From Chloroflexota bacterium (GTDB lineage: Bacteria > Chloroflexota > Dehalococcoidia > JACQUO01), in assembly GCA_016210205.1 (NCBI GenBank), contig JACQUO010000007.1, forward strand, positions 8,834 to 72,833: a stretch of 64,000 nucleotides of DNA, in the 5' to 3' direction. The translations under genes and the position numbers were made by a program. Every line of letters starts with the position of its first letter. Position 1 is the first letter of the stretch. The notes under the pieces were generated by a model. That model was not told the DNA's origin. It made no database searches and worked only from the letters and a program-made list of their open reading frames with translations. Below are positions 17,586-26,896 of this stretch, one piece after another.

Positions 17586-17614
17586 ATTATATCCTCACCC
17601 CAGAGGAGTGTCAA
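17586..17614 (-). promoter_or_regulatory. consensus sigma-70 promoter for rpmH operon (TTGACA-17 nt-TATAAT)
   Basis: Minus-strand TTGACActcctctggggtgaggaTATAAT, perfect hexamers, about 24 nt upstream of the rpmH ATG. Confidence 0.6.
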
Positions 17615-17638
17615 TTTAGTCTTTCCCGCCGAGGGCGG

Positions 17639-18295
17639 CTAGAGGGCGTACTGGAGGACCAGTGTCTCCTGCTCTTTAGGCAGGGAGTTCCGGTCTAGCT
17701 GGACCTCGCTGGCGGAGAGACGCTTCACCCGGGGGCGGCCCTTGAGGAAGTCATCCACCGGGGCGATGGGGAAGCCGCACTTGGGGGTCTTGTAGTGCAT
17801 GGGGATGACCACCTTGGGGGAGAGCTGCTGGCAGATGCGGTTGGCCTGGGCGGGGTCGATGGTGAAGAAGCCCCCCACCGGGAGGAAGAGCACATCCACC
17901 GCCCCCAGGTCTCCCAGCTGGGCGTCGGTCAGCGGGTGGCCCAGGTCGCCCAGATGGCAGAGGTGGACGGCGTCCACCTCGAAGGTGTAGATGACATTCT
18001 TGCCTCGCTCGTCGCCGCCCTTGCTGTCGTGGGAGACGGCATAGCCCCTGAAGTTGAACCCGCCCACCCGATGGCTGCCTTCCCCTTTCACCACCGCGGG
18101 CTTGCCCGGGACCTGGCCCACGGCGTTGTGGTCGGCGTGGTCGTGGCTCACCGTCACGATGTCTGCCGTGTCGGTGATTTTCCCGTAGCCCACGGCCCCG
18201 CCGAAGCCTCCCGGCTCATAGGGGTCCGTGATGATTCTGGTACCATCCTGGGCGGTGACGAGGAAACACGAGTGTCCCAGCCATTTAATCTTCAT
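17639..18295 (-). CDS. MBL-fold metal-dependent hydrolase (UPF0173-like)
   Basis: MKIKWLGHSCFLV...VSHDHADHN zinc-binding motif. Confidence 0.8.
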   Translation of the reverse strand: MKIKWLGHSCFLVTAQDGTRIITDPYEPGGFGGAVGYGKITDTADIVTVSHDHADHNAVGQVPGKPAVVKGEGSHRVGGFNFRGYAVSHDSKGGDERGKNVIYTFEVDAVHLCHLGDLGHPLTDAQLGDLGAVDVLFLPVGGFFTIDPAQANRICQQLSPKVVIPMHYKTPKCGFPIAPVDDFLKGRPRVKRLSASEVQLDRNSLPKEQETLVLQYAL

Positions 18296-18319
18296 GGTCG
18301 ACTCCTTGGGGGATGCTCC

Positions 18320-19837
18320 TCAGGCCTCCTCTTCCTCCTGGGCCAGGGCCAGGGCCAGGTTGACGAAGGTGAGCACGGGCACACCCGTAGCGCCCTTCAC
18401 CGTGGCTCCGCTGTCCTTCTCGGCCCGGGCGGTGCCGGCGATGTCCAAGTGCACCCAGGGGGTGTCCTGGGCGAACTCTGCCAGGAACTGGGCTGCGGTG
18501 ATGGCCCCCGCATAGCGGCCCCCGGTGTTCTTGATGTCTGCCACATCGCTCTTGTTCTGCTCTTTGTATTCGGTGAACATGGGGAGCTGCCAGGCCCGCT
18601 CGCCGGTCTCCTGGCCGGCCCGGAGCACCTTGTCCACCAGGGACTGGTTGTTGGTGAAGGCGCCGCTGCAGATGTTGCCCAGGGCCACCTGGCAGGCGCC
18701 GGTGAGGGTGGCGGCGTCCACCACCAGGGTGGCCTTCTCCTTCATATGGGCGTAGCAGAGGGCATCGGCCAGGATGAGGCGGCCCTCGGCATCGGTGGAA
18801 ATCACCTCAATCGTCTTGCCGCTCATGGACTTGAGGACATCCCCGGGCTTGTAGGCGTTGCCCCCGGGGAGGTTCTCCGTGGCGGGCACCAGGCCGGTGA
18901 TATTAAGCTCGGGCTTGAGTTGGGCTATGGCCCCCATGGCGCTGATGACCGCCGCCCCTCCCGCCATGTCCCCCTTCATCTCGCCCATGCCGTCGGCGGG
19001 CTTGATGGAGATGCCCCCGGAGTCAAAGGTGATGCCCTTGCCCACTAGAGCCAGGAGGCGGGAGCTTTTGTGGTCGCCCCGGTAGCGCAGGATGATGAAC
19101 TGGGGCGGCTGGCGGGAGCCCTGGGCCACCCCCAGCAGGGCGCCCATGCCCACGGCCTCCATCTGCTCTCGATTCAGAATTTGGCACTCCAGGCCGTAGG
19201 CCTGGGCCACCTTTTGAGCCTCCTGGGCCAGGATAGTAGGGGTCATGTAGTTGGCGGGCTCGTTGACCATGTCCCGGGCCTGGTTGGCGGCCTCGGCCAG
19301 GATGCGGCCGGTGGTGACGCCCTGCCCCAACTCGGCCCGGTTTTTCCGGCGGGGGTCCACCAGGGTGAGCTTCTCGAGATCTTGGGAGTTCTCGCCCCGC
19401 GCCTGGTGGCGGCGGAAGGTGTAAAGCCCCAATATAGCGCCCTCGGCCAGGGCCTGGGCCGCCTGCTCGTGCTTTATCCCCGCGACCCCAGCCCCCAGGA
19501 TGGTGGTGGCCACCGTCTCGGATTCCAGGCGCCGGGCGTAGCGCAGGGCCTCGGCGGCGGCATCCCGGATGCGGTTGGGCGTCAGCTCCTCCCGTTTGCC
19601 CAGGCCCACCAGGAGCACCCGCTCGGGGCGGAGCCGCCCCAGGGTGTGGATGAGGGTCAGCTCCCGGGGCTTGCCCTTGATTTCCCCCTTCGCCCGGAGG
19701 CGGGAGATGGCCCCACCCAGGGCCTGGTCCCAGGCGACCAGCACCCCCTCCAGTGGGTCTTGTCCCTCGTAGAGCTCCGCCAGGGCGGCCCCCACGGATA
19801 GGGTGGAGATGTTCCCCGTCAAGACCTGGATTTCCAA
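18320..19837 (-). CDS. pepA: leucyl aminopeptidase (M17)
   Basis: 505 aa; VGKGITFDSGG, NTDAEGRL-type motif (STDAEGRLILADAL), MKGDMAG. Confidence 0.9.
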   Translation of the reverse strand: MEIQVLTGNISTLSVGAALAELYEGQDPLEGVLVAWDQALGGAISRLRAKGEIKGKPRELTLIHTLGRLRPERVLLVGLGKREELTPNRIRDAAAEALRYARRLESETVATTILGAGVAGIKHEQAAQALAEGAILGLYTFRRHQARGENSQDLEKLTLVDPRRKNRAELGQGVTTGRILAEAANQARDMVNEPANYMTPTILAQEAQKVAQAYGLECQILNREQMEAVGMGALLGVAQGSRQPPQFIILRYRGDHKSSRLLALVGKGITFDSGGISIKPADGMGEMKGDMAGGAAVISAMGAIAQLKPELNITGLVPATENLPGGNAYKPGDVLKSMSGKTIEVISTDAEGRLILADALCYAHMKEKATLVVDAATLTGACQVALGNICSGAFTNNQSLVDKVLRAGQETGERAWQLPMFTEYKEQNKSDVADIKNTGGRYAGAITAAQFLAEFAQDTPWVHLDIAGTARAEKDSGATVKGATGVPVLTFVNLALALAQEEEEA

Positions 19838-19927
19838 GATGGCCTCCCTCTAGGGCGTTCTGAAAAGGCGTCAGGTTCTTTGAACCTGGCTAAGCAGCGT
19901 GTTTCTCCAGGAGCACCTGGGGGGCGT

Positions 19928-20695
19928 CTAGTGCGCGCCCCCCAGAAGAAGGGGCAGCAGCCTTGTGGGGTCTTCGGCGAAGACCTGGCCCAGGGTCTTG
20001 TCGCCCTTGCCGGCGAAGATGCCGGCCAGGACTTCCTTGTAGTTGGCCCCCAGGTTGTTCTTGAGCTCCTCCTCGGAGGTGGTGGACAGGATTTGGGGCA
20101 GGGTCTTGCCGGCGTTTTCCCCCAGGAGCTGGGGGGCCAGCCCCAGGCGCTCCTGGGGGGTCAGGCGCAAGATGCTCTCGGTGGTGAGGGGCGGGAGCGG
20201 GGTGGGCGTGGGCTGGCCCGGCGGCGACGTCACCGCGGGAGCGGGGGTAGGGGGAAGCCCTTGCGGCGCTGCCCCTCCTCCCCCTCCCAGGAACCGCTGC
20301 AGGTCCTGGGGGGAGATGCCGCCCAGGCCCCCGGCCCCGCCACCCAGGAACTGGCCCATGAGCTGGTTGGCGATGCGGTCCAGGGGGATGTCCGCGTTGG
20401 AGCGAATTCCCAGGAGCTTGATGCCCCCCGGCCCGGTGATGTCCACCTGGGCCTGAATTTTCCCCTCCCCAACCATGCGCTCTATCTCCTTTCCCAGACG
20501 GGAGGCGTCGTTGGTGATATCCACCGTGGCCTGACGGCCTTCTATAGGAAAGGTGAAAGAGACGCGGAGGTCCGGGCTACGGCTGATATACCAAAAGACG
20601 CCGGCCGCCACGCCCACCACGATGAGGGTGGCCAGGCCCACGGCGGCCAGCGCCCCCAGACACCCCAGACCGATGAAACGGAAGATTCTGCCCAT
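19928..20695 (-). CDS. membrane-anchored hypothetical protein with Gly-rich and Pro-rich linkers
   Basis: 255 aa; N-terminal TM helix; no family recognised by eye. Confidence 0.5.
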   Translation of the reverse strand: MGRIFRFIGLGCLGALAAVGLATLIVVGVAAGVFWYISRSPDLRVSFTFPIEGRQATVDITNDASRLGKEIERMVGEGKIQAQVDITGPGGIKLLGIRSNADIPLDRIANQLMGQFLGGGAGGLGGISPQDLQRFLGGGGGAAPQGLPPTPAPAVTSPPGQPTPTPLPPLTTESILRLTPQERLGLAPQLLGENAGKTLPQILSTTSEEELKNNLGANYKEVLAGIFAGKGDKTLGQVFAEDPTRLLPLLLGGAH

Positions 20696-20814
20696 AGCGA
20701 TACTGCGCCCTATGGTAAAGCAGAGGGGGGATTAAGTCAACGCCTGCCCTTTACTGGGGGAAGCGTCTATGCTACTATCCTCTGGACTCCTCCCTTTAGA
20801 TTAGAAAGGAAGCT

Positions 20815-21159
20815 GTGGAACAACTGCTCCGCGGCCTGTTCGTATCTGTCGCTGGGATGACGGTGGTCTTCCTGGGCCTGGCGGTCCTCATGGTGGTCAT
20901 GATGGCCCTGGGCCGTCTCTTCAGAGGGCAGGAGGGGGCCACTCCCCCATCCCGCGCCTCGGCTCTGGGGTCAGAGGCTTCCCCGGCAGCGCCAGCCGGC
21001 CCTGGAGGGGATAAGGCCCTGGCGGCAGCCCTGGGGGCCGCTATCGTCCTGGTTCAGGGCGCCCCGGCCTCCTCCGCCCTGCGTCGTCAGCCCAGCCCCT
21101 GGGGCGCGGCGGGCCGCCACCAGCAGGCGCAGCCCTGGCGGGGCAAGGGGAGGCCATGA
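20815..21159 (+). CDS. OadG-like gamma subunit of Na+-translocating decarboxylase
   Basis: N-terminal GMTVVFLGLAVLMVVMMALGRLF helix typical of OadG family, position upstream of BCCP and beta subunit; GTG start. Confidence 0.55.
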   Translation: MEQLLRGLFVSVAGMTVVFLGLAVLMVVMMALGRLFRGQEGATPPSRASALGSEASPAAPAGPGGDKALAAALGAAIVLVQGAPASSALRRQPSPWGAAGRHQQAQPWRGKGRP

Positions 21160-21596
21160 AGTCCTTCAAGCTCACCGTGCGGGGCCAGACCTATCGTATT
21201 GAAATTCCGGACCTGACCCAGCGTCCTCTCACCGTCTGGGTGGACGGCGAGGCCTTCGTTGTGGAGGTGGAGGAGGGGGCCGCTGGCACGGCCACCCCTG
21301 CGGCCCCTCGCCCGGCCGCCATCTCGCCGCCCCCGCCGCCAGCGGCGGTTCCTGCGCCGCCTCCCGTTGCCGCCCCGCCTGCGGCGGGCCAGGTGCGCGC
21401 CCCCATGCCGGGGAAGGTGCTCCGGGTGACAGCGGAGGTAGGCCAGCGGGTAGAGCGGGGCCAGGAGCTGGTGGTGCTGGAGGCCATGAAGATGGAGCAG
21501 AGCCTCAAGGCCCCTGCCACCGGCGTGGTCAAGGCGGTGCTGGTGGCCCCGGGTCAGAATGTGGCGGTGGGGGCGGTCCTGGTGGAGCTGGGTTGA
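21156..21596 (+). CDS. biotin carboxyl carrier (biotinyl domain) protein
   Basis: C-terminal APMPGKVLRV...LEAMKMEQSL biotinylation motif after an Ala/Pro linker. Confidence 0.85.
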   Translation: MKSFKLTVRGQTYRIEIPDLTQRPLTVWVDGEAFVVEVEEGAAGTATPAAPRPAAISPPPPPAAVPAPPPVAAPPAAGQVRAPMPGKVLRVTAEVGQRVERGQELVVLEAMKMEQSLKAPATGVVKAVLVAPGQNVAVGAVLVELG

Positions 21597-22708
21597 GCGC
21601 AGAGAGCCTCGTCAGCCTGCTCCAGGGCTTTTTGGGCCTCAATCTCCGAGATGGGATTATGCTCCTCATCGCCGGGGGTCTCCTCTTCCTGGCCATCCGC
21701 CTCCAGTACGAGCCCCTGCTCCTGGTGCCCATTGCCTTCGGCATCTTCCTGGTGAACCTGCCCGGCGGCTTCCTGGTGGGGGAGAAGGGCTTCTTCACCC
21801 TCCTCCTTCATGCCGGGGTGGAGACGGAGTTCTTCCCCTTGCTGATTTTCGTGGGCCTGGGGGCGCTTACGGATTTCTCCCCGTTGCTAGCGGACCCCAA
21901 GACAGTGCTCCTGGGGGCGGCGGCCCAAATCGGCATCTACCTGGCCCTGCTCCTGGCGCTGCCCCTGGGGTTCAGCCTGCGGGAGGCGGGGGCCATCGGC
22001 ATCATCGGCTCCGCCGACGGCCCCACCACTATCTACACCGCCACCATCCTGGCCCCTCACCTCCTGGGGCCGGTGGCCGTGGCGGCCTACTCCTATATGT
22101 CCATGGTACCCATCATCCAGCCGCCCATAGCCCGCCTGCTCACCACTAGGGCAGAGCGGCGCATCAAGATGCCTTATCCCACTCGGATGCCCTCCCGGAT
22201 GGCCCTCCTCCTTTTCCCCATCGCCACCGCCATCGTGGGGGGGCTTTTCGCCCCTGCCGCCACCCCCCTCATCGGCCTCTTCATGTTTGGCAATCTGCTG
22301 CGGGTGTGCGGGGTGGTGGAGCGCCTCTCCCAGACCGCTCAGAACGAGCTCATGAACATCGCCGTCATGCTCCAGGCCCTCACAGTGGGCTCCACCATGA
22401 GCGGGGCCAACTTCCTCAACCCCTCCACCCTGATGATCTTCTTCCTGGGGCTCTTCGCCTTCGCCACCGCCACCGCCGGTGGCCTCCTTCTGGGCAAGCT
22501 CATGTGCTGGCTCTCGGGGGGCAAGGTGAATCCCCTGATTGGGGGGGCGGGGGTCTCGGCGGTGCCCATGTCGGCCCGGGTGGCTCAGCGGCTGGCCCAG
22601 GCCGAGGATGGGGACACCTACATCCTCATGCAGGCCATGGGGCCCAATGTGGCGGGGGTCATTGGCTCGGCCTTGGCGGCGGGGGTGCTGCTGGCTGTTA
22701 TCCCCTAG
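21593..22708 (+). CDS. Na+-transporting decarboxylase beta subunit (OadB/MmdB/GcdB family)
   Basis: 371 aa polytopic protein; IGIIGSADGPT and GGAGVSAVPMSARV motifs. Confidence 0.85.
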   Translation: MSAESLVSLLQGFLGLNLRDGIMLLIAGGLLFLAIRLQYEPLLLVPIAFGIFLVNLPGGFLVGEKGFFTLLLHAGVETEFFPLLIFVGLGALTDFSPLLADPKTVLLGAAAQIGIYLALLLALPLGFSLREAGAIGIIGSADGPTTIYTATILAPHLLGPVAVAAYSYMSMVPIIQPPIARLLTTRAERRIKMPYPTRMPSRMALLLFPIATAIVGGLFAPAATPLIGLFMFGNLLRVCGVVERLSQTAQNELMNIAVMLQALTVGSTMSGANFLNPSTLMIFFLGLFAFATATAGGLLLGKLMCWLSGGKVNPLIGGAGVSAVPMSARVAQRLAQAEDGDTYILMQAMGPNVAGVIGSALAAGVLLAVIP

Positions 22709-23702
22709 GCAAGAGGAAGAGGAGATAGCCGATAAAGAGGAGATAGAAGGCCCCACCCAGGACCAGCATATGAGGGGTAAGGCGGCCCTGGAGATGGGTC
22801 AGGACCATCACGGTGGTGGTGGAGGCCACGGCGATGACGGCGCTGGCCAGGGCGGGCCCCGTGAGCACCCAGGGGGTCAGGATGAGCCCCACCGCCACAG
22901 GGATGCTGCTTTGGAAGACCATGGCCCCGCTGATGTTCCCCATGGCCAGGGTATCCTTGCCCTTCCCCACCCAGATGACGCTGTTGAACTTCTCGGGGAG
23001 CTCCGTGGCCAGGGGAGCCAGGATAAGGGCCAGGACGAGGGGGGAGAGGCGCAGGGCAAGGGCTACCTCTTCCAGGCCATGCACGAAGACCCAGGCCCCA
23101 CCGACAAGGATGGCCACCGAGAGCAGGAACTGAAGGCTCACCAGCCCCAAGTTGGGCTCGTGGTTATTCCGGGAGATGTGGAGGGGCTGAAGCTCCCCTT
23201 CCGAGGTGGAGGTGTCCTTCAGGGTCTGCGCGGAATAGGCCACATAGAGTGTCACCAGCCCCACGGCCACGAGGAGCTTAATCTCGTGGCTGGGGATGAA
23301 GCTGGAGAGCACCGCCAGGGGATAGATGGCCAGGAAGTAGCGCAGGTCCCGGTGCAGGATGGGGGTCTTGGTGCTCATCTCCAGGGTGCGCCGGCCCCGG
23401 GCGGATTGGACGAAGACGGCCACGCCGGTGACGAGAAAGGCGGCGGTGGAGAGCATGAAGGGCGCCCCTAAGATGGCCCCAATGCCTATCTCGGTGCTGG
23501 CTTCCTGCCGCACCAGGAGAATGGCCACTATGGGCAGGATGGTCTCCGGCATGGCGGTGCCCACCGCGGCCAGGAGGCTGCCCACGGCGGCCTCCCCCAG
23601 CTTGAGGTGTTTCCCCATCCATTCCACGCTGTTGGTGAAAAGCTCGGCGGCTCCCAGGACAGCGAGCATCCCCCCCGCCACCATCAGCCAGGATAGCATC
23701 AA
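22698..23702 (-). CDS. Ca2+/Na+ antiporter (CaCA family, YrbG-like)
   Basis: 334 aa; two alpha-repeats (GTAMPET..., GNISGAMVFQS). Confidence 0.75.
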   Translation of the reverse strand: MMLSWLMVAGGMLAVLGAAELFTNSVEWMGKHLKLGEAAVGSLLAAVGTAMPETILPIVAILLVRQEASTEIGIGAILGAPFMLSTAAFLVTGVAVFVQSARGRRTLEMSTKTPILHRDLRYFLAIYPLAVLSSFIPSHEIKLLVAVGLVTLYVAYSAQTLKDTSTSEGELQPLHISRNNHEPNLGLVSLQFLLSVAILVGGAWVFVHGLEEVALALRLSPLVLALILAPLATELPEKFNSVIWVGKGKDTLAMGNISGAMVFQSSIPVAVGLILTPWVLTGPALASAVIAVASTTTVMVLTHLQGRLTPHMLVLGGAFYLLFIGYLLFLLPRG

Positions 23703-23863
23703 GGTCTAACCTCATCGCCTGTTTCCCGCAGGCCTCTGTCTTGCATATCGGCCACCAAGTTTAGCACAGGCCCTGAGATTTGCAACTGGCCTGCCTTCTT
23801 GCAGAGCCAACTCCGCTGCACGATTTGAATCTGGAGAGGCGTTTCATCTTCCCTGGCCTCGCC

Positions 23864-23892
23864 TTGCCCAGGCCCAAAAAGGGTGATATAAT
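23864..23892 (+). promoter_or_regulatory. sigma-70-like promoter of the pyr operon (TTGCCC-17 nt-TATAAT)
   Basis: TTGCCCaggcccaaaaagggtgaTATAAT about 150 nt upstream of pyrR. Confidence 0.5.
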
Positions 23893-24040
23893 GACGCCAA
23901 CTTAATAGAGGGAATGGCGTCGACCCTTTAAGTCGGTCCGGCGAGGCTGGCAAGGAGAGACGGTGGACTCCGTAGGGGCGCCCGGGAAAAGGGCTGCCAA
24001 GGCGAGCATCCTCCTGCCAGCTTCCGGCAGGAGGTTTTTT
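23893..24040 (+). promoter_or_regulatory. PyrR-responsive attenuator leader (binding-loop-like element plus terminator)
   Basis: ctttaagtcggtccggcgaggctgg resembles the PyrR binding loop (UUUAA-RUCCAGAGAGGCU); followed by the terminator at 24010..24040. Confidence 0.6.
24010..24040 (+). terminator. intrinsic terminator of the pyr leader; 3-prime arm contains the pyrR Shine-Dalgarno
   Basis: CCTCCTGCC-agcttcc-GGCAGGAGG-TTTTTT immediately before the ATG at 24041. Confidence 0.7.
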
Positions 24041-24589
24041 ATGGCTGAGAAGGTCATCATGACCGCCGCGGAGATGGGGCGGGCCCTCAGCCGCCTGGCC
24101 CACGAGGTGGTGGAGCGCAATGGCGGCGCTGCCGGCCTGGTCTTTTTAGGCATGCGCACCCGGGGGGTGCCCCTGGCCCAGCGCTTGGCGGCCCGCATCA
24201 AGGACTTCGAGGGGGTGGACATCCCCGTGGGGGCCTTGGACATCGGCCTCTATCGGGACGACTTGTCGAACCTGGGTGTCCAGCCCAAGGTCCAGCGCAC
24301 CGACATCCCCCAGGACCTCTTCGGCAAGGACATCGTCCTGGTGGACGATGTCCTCTACACTGGGCGCAGCATCCGCGCCGCCATGGACGCCATCATCGAC
24401 TTCGGACGGCCCCGCACCATCCAGCTCCTGGTGCTGGTGGACCGGGGCCATCGGGAGCTGCCCATCCGGGCCGACTATGTGGGCAAGAACATCCCCACCT
24501 CTCTCCAGGAGGAGGTGCAGGTGCGCCTCGAGGAGGTAGACGGCCAGGACGAGGCGGTCCTGATGCGAGGGGAGGTGAAAGCGCCGTGA
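24041..24589 (+). CDS. pyrR: bifunctional pyr operon regulator / uracil phosphoribosyltransferase PyrR
   Basis: Start trimmed to [12 protein letters not shown]...; [20 protein letters not shown] motif. Confidence 0.9.
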   Translation: MAEKVIMTAAEMGRALSRLAHEVVERNGGAAGLVFLGMRTRGVPLAQRLAARIKDFEGVDIPVGALDIGLYRDDLSNLGVQPKVQRTDIPQDLFGKDIVLVDDVLYTGRSIRAAMDAIIDFGRPRTIQLLVLVDRGHRELPIRADYVGKNIPTSLQEEVQVRLEEVDGQDEAVLMRGEVKAP

Positions 24590-25545
24590 CTGCTCCCAGC
24601 TTGACCCGCCGCCATGTCCTGGACCTGGACGATTTCTCCGCGGGGGAAATTCTCCACATCCTGGACACTGCCGACGCCATGAAGGAGGTCCTGGCCCGGG
24701 AGGTGCCCCGTGTGCCCGCCCTGCGGGGCCGCACCGTGGTCACCGCCTTCTACGAGGCCAGCACCCGCACCCGGGTCTCCTTCGAGCTGGCCGCCAGGGC
24801 TCTCTCCGCCGACTGCGTCAACCTCAATGTAGCCCTCTCGTCCACCACCAAGGGGGAGTCCCTCCTCAACACCGTCCGCACCCTGCGGGCCCTGGGGGCC
24901 GATGTCATTGTCATGCGCCACTCCCAGGCCGGCGCCCCCTATTTGGTGGCCCGCTATCTGAATATCTGTATGATTAACGCCGGCGACGGCGCCCATGCCC
25001 ATCCCACCCAGGCCCTCCTTGACCTCTACACCATGCGGGAGCGCCTGGGGCGGGTAGAGAGACTTAAGGTGGCCATAATAGGTGACATTCGCCACAGTCG
25101 GGTGGCTCGCTCCAACCTCTGGGGGCTGGCTGCCCTGGGGGCCCAGGTGGCTCTCTGCGGCCCCGCCACCCTCCTCCCCCGGGGGCCGGAGCTGGAGCTG
25201 CTGCCCACAGTGGCCCTGACCACCCACCTCGAGGAGGCTCTGGAGGGGGCCGAGGTGGTCATGCCCCTGCGGCTCCAACTGGAGCGCCAGCAGTCCGGCC
25301 TCCTGCCCAGCCTGCGGGAGTATCGGGAGCTCTATCAGATTGATGGCGCCCGCCTGGCCCGGGCCCACCCCAGGGCCCTGGTGCTCCACCCCGGCCCCAT
25401 GAACGAGGGCGTGGAGATAAGCACCGAGGTGGCCCACGGCGCCCAGTCCGCCATCGAGAGCCAGGTGACCAACGGCGTGGCCGTGCGCATGGCCCTGCTC
25501 TATCTCTATGGCCACGGGGAGGTGTCCGATGTCCGCGCCCCCTGA
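24586..25545 (+). CDS. pyrB: aspartate carbamoyltransferase catalytic subunit
   Basis: 319 aa; [21 protein letters not shown] motifs; GTG overlaps the pyrR stop. Confidence 0.9.
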   Translation: MTAPSLTRRHVLDLDDFSAGEILHILDTADAMKEVLAREVPRVPALRGRTVVTAFYEASTRTRVSFELAARALSADCVNLNVALSSTTKGESLLNTVRTLRALGADVIVMRHSQAGAPYLVARYLNICMINAGDGAHAHPTQALLDLYTMRERLGRVERLKVAIIGDIRHSRVARSNLWGLAALGAQVALCGPATLLPRGPELELLPTVALTTHLEEALEGAEVVMPLRLQLERQQSGLLPSLREYRELYQIDGARLARAHPRALVLHPGPMNEGVEISTEVAHGAQSAIESQVTNGVAVRMALLYLYGHGEVSDVRAP

Positions 25546-26896
25546 GGGCCGGGGCCTCCTCATCCGGGGGGGCCGCCTCTGCGACCCCGCCCGGGGCCGG
25601 GACGAGGTGGCAGACCTCTACCTCTCCGACGGCAAAATCGCCCTGGAGTCGGCCCCCGCTGGGACTCCCGTCCTTGAGGTGGGAGGCCTTCTGATTAGCC
25701 CTGGCTTCATCGACCTCCATGTCCATCTGCGGGAGCCCGGCTTCGAGGACAAGGAGACCATCGCCACCGGCACCCAGGCTGCGGCCCGAGGCGGCTTCAC
25801 CACGGTGTGCTGCATGCCCAACACCGAGCCCCCCACCGACTCCCGGGCCGCGGTGGAGTTCATCCTGCGGCGAGCCGCCACTCACGGAGCTATTAGGGTG
25901 CTTCCCATCGGCTGTATCACCAAAGGGCGACGCGGTCATGAGCTGGCAGAGATGGGGGAGCTGGCTGCCGCCGGCGTGGTGGGCTTCTCCGACGACGGCT
26001 CCCCTGTGGCCGACTCCCGCCTCATGCGGCAGGCTATGGAGTACAGCCGGGCCTTCGGCCTGCCCGTCATCGACCACTGCCAGGACCCGGCCCTCTCCCA
26101 GGGCGGGGTGGTCAACGAGGGGGCGGTCTCCTCCCGCCTGGGGCTGGTGGGGATGCCCGCCGCCGCCGAGGAGGTTATGGTGGCCCGGGACATCGCCCTG
26201 GCAGAGCTGACCGGGGCGTGCCTGCACCTGGCCCACCTAAGCGCCGCTAGCTCGGTGGAGCACCTGCGCCGTGCCAAAGCCCTGGGCCTGCCCGTCACCG
26301 CCGAGGTCACCCCCCACCATCTGGCCCTGACCGAGGGCCGGGTCATGGGGGTTTTGGGCCCTCTGCCCCACAAGCTGGGGCCGCTTCCCGCGAGCGCCTA
26401 CGACACCAATGCCAAGGTCAACCCCCCCCTACGCACGGAGCGAGACCGCCAGGCGCTGCTGGCCGCCCTGCGGGCGGGCCTCATCGACGCCATCGCCACC
26501 GACCACGCCCCTCACACTCTGGTGGACAAGGAGTGCGAGTTCGACGACGCCGCCTTCGGCATCTCCGGCCTGGAGACGGCCGCTGGGGTGCTCCTGACCC
26601 TGGTGGACAAAGGGGAGCTGGAGTTGACTACGGTCATCGCGGCCCTGACCGCGGGGCCGGCCCGCCTCCTGGGCCGCCCCGACCTGGGCGCCCTGCGGGC
26701 GGGGGCCGCCGCGGACCTCGTCCTCATCGACCCGAGGGCGGAGTGGGCGGTGGAGCCGGCCCAGTTCGCCTCCAAGGGGCACAACACCCCCTTGGCGGGG
26801 GCGCGCCTGCGGGGGAAGGTCCTGGCCACCATCTACGGCGGCCACATCGCCTACCTTGACCCAGCTCTGGAGATGAAAGGAGCGCCCCTTGCCTAA
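25529..26896 (+). CDS. pyrC: dihydroorotase
   Basis: DLHVHLREPG, ATDHAPH motifs; start set at ATG 25529 ([15 protein letters not shown]). Confidence 0.85.
   Translation: MSAPPEGRGLLIRGGRLCDPARGRDEVADLYLSDGKIALESAPAGTPVLEVGGLLISPGFIDLHVHLREPGFEDKETIATGTQAAARGGFTTVCCMPNTEPPTDSRAAVEFILRRAATHGAIRVLPIGCITKGRRGHELAEMGELAAAGVVGFSDDGSPVADSRLMRQAMEYSRAFGLPVIDHCQDPALSQGGVVNEGAVSSRLGLVGMPAAAEEVMVARDIALAELTGACLHLAHLSAASSVEHLRRAKALGLPVTAEVTPHHLALTEGRVMGVLGPLPHKLGPLPASAYDTNAKVNPPLRTERDRQALLAALRAGLIDAIATDHAPHTLVDKECEFDDAAFGISGLETAAGVLLTLVDKGELELTTVIAALTAGPARLLGRPDLGALRAGAAADLVLIDPRAEWAVEPAQFASKGHNTPLAGARLRGKVLATIYGGHIAYLDPALEMKGAPLA

Noticed and set aside
17563-17640. Replication origin next to the rpmH-rnpA-yidC-jag block
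   Set aside because: No dnaA or dnaN gene is adjacent. I found no cluster of TTATCCACA-like boxes or an AT-rich unwinding element; the gap is fully accounted for by a promoter and a small hairpin.
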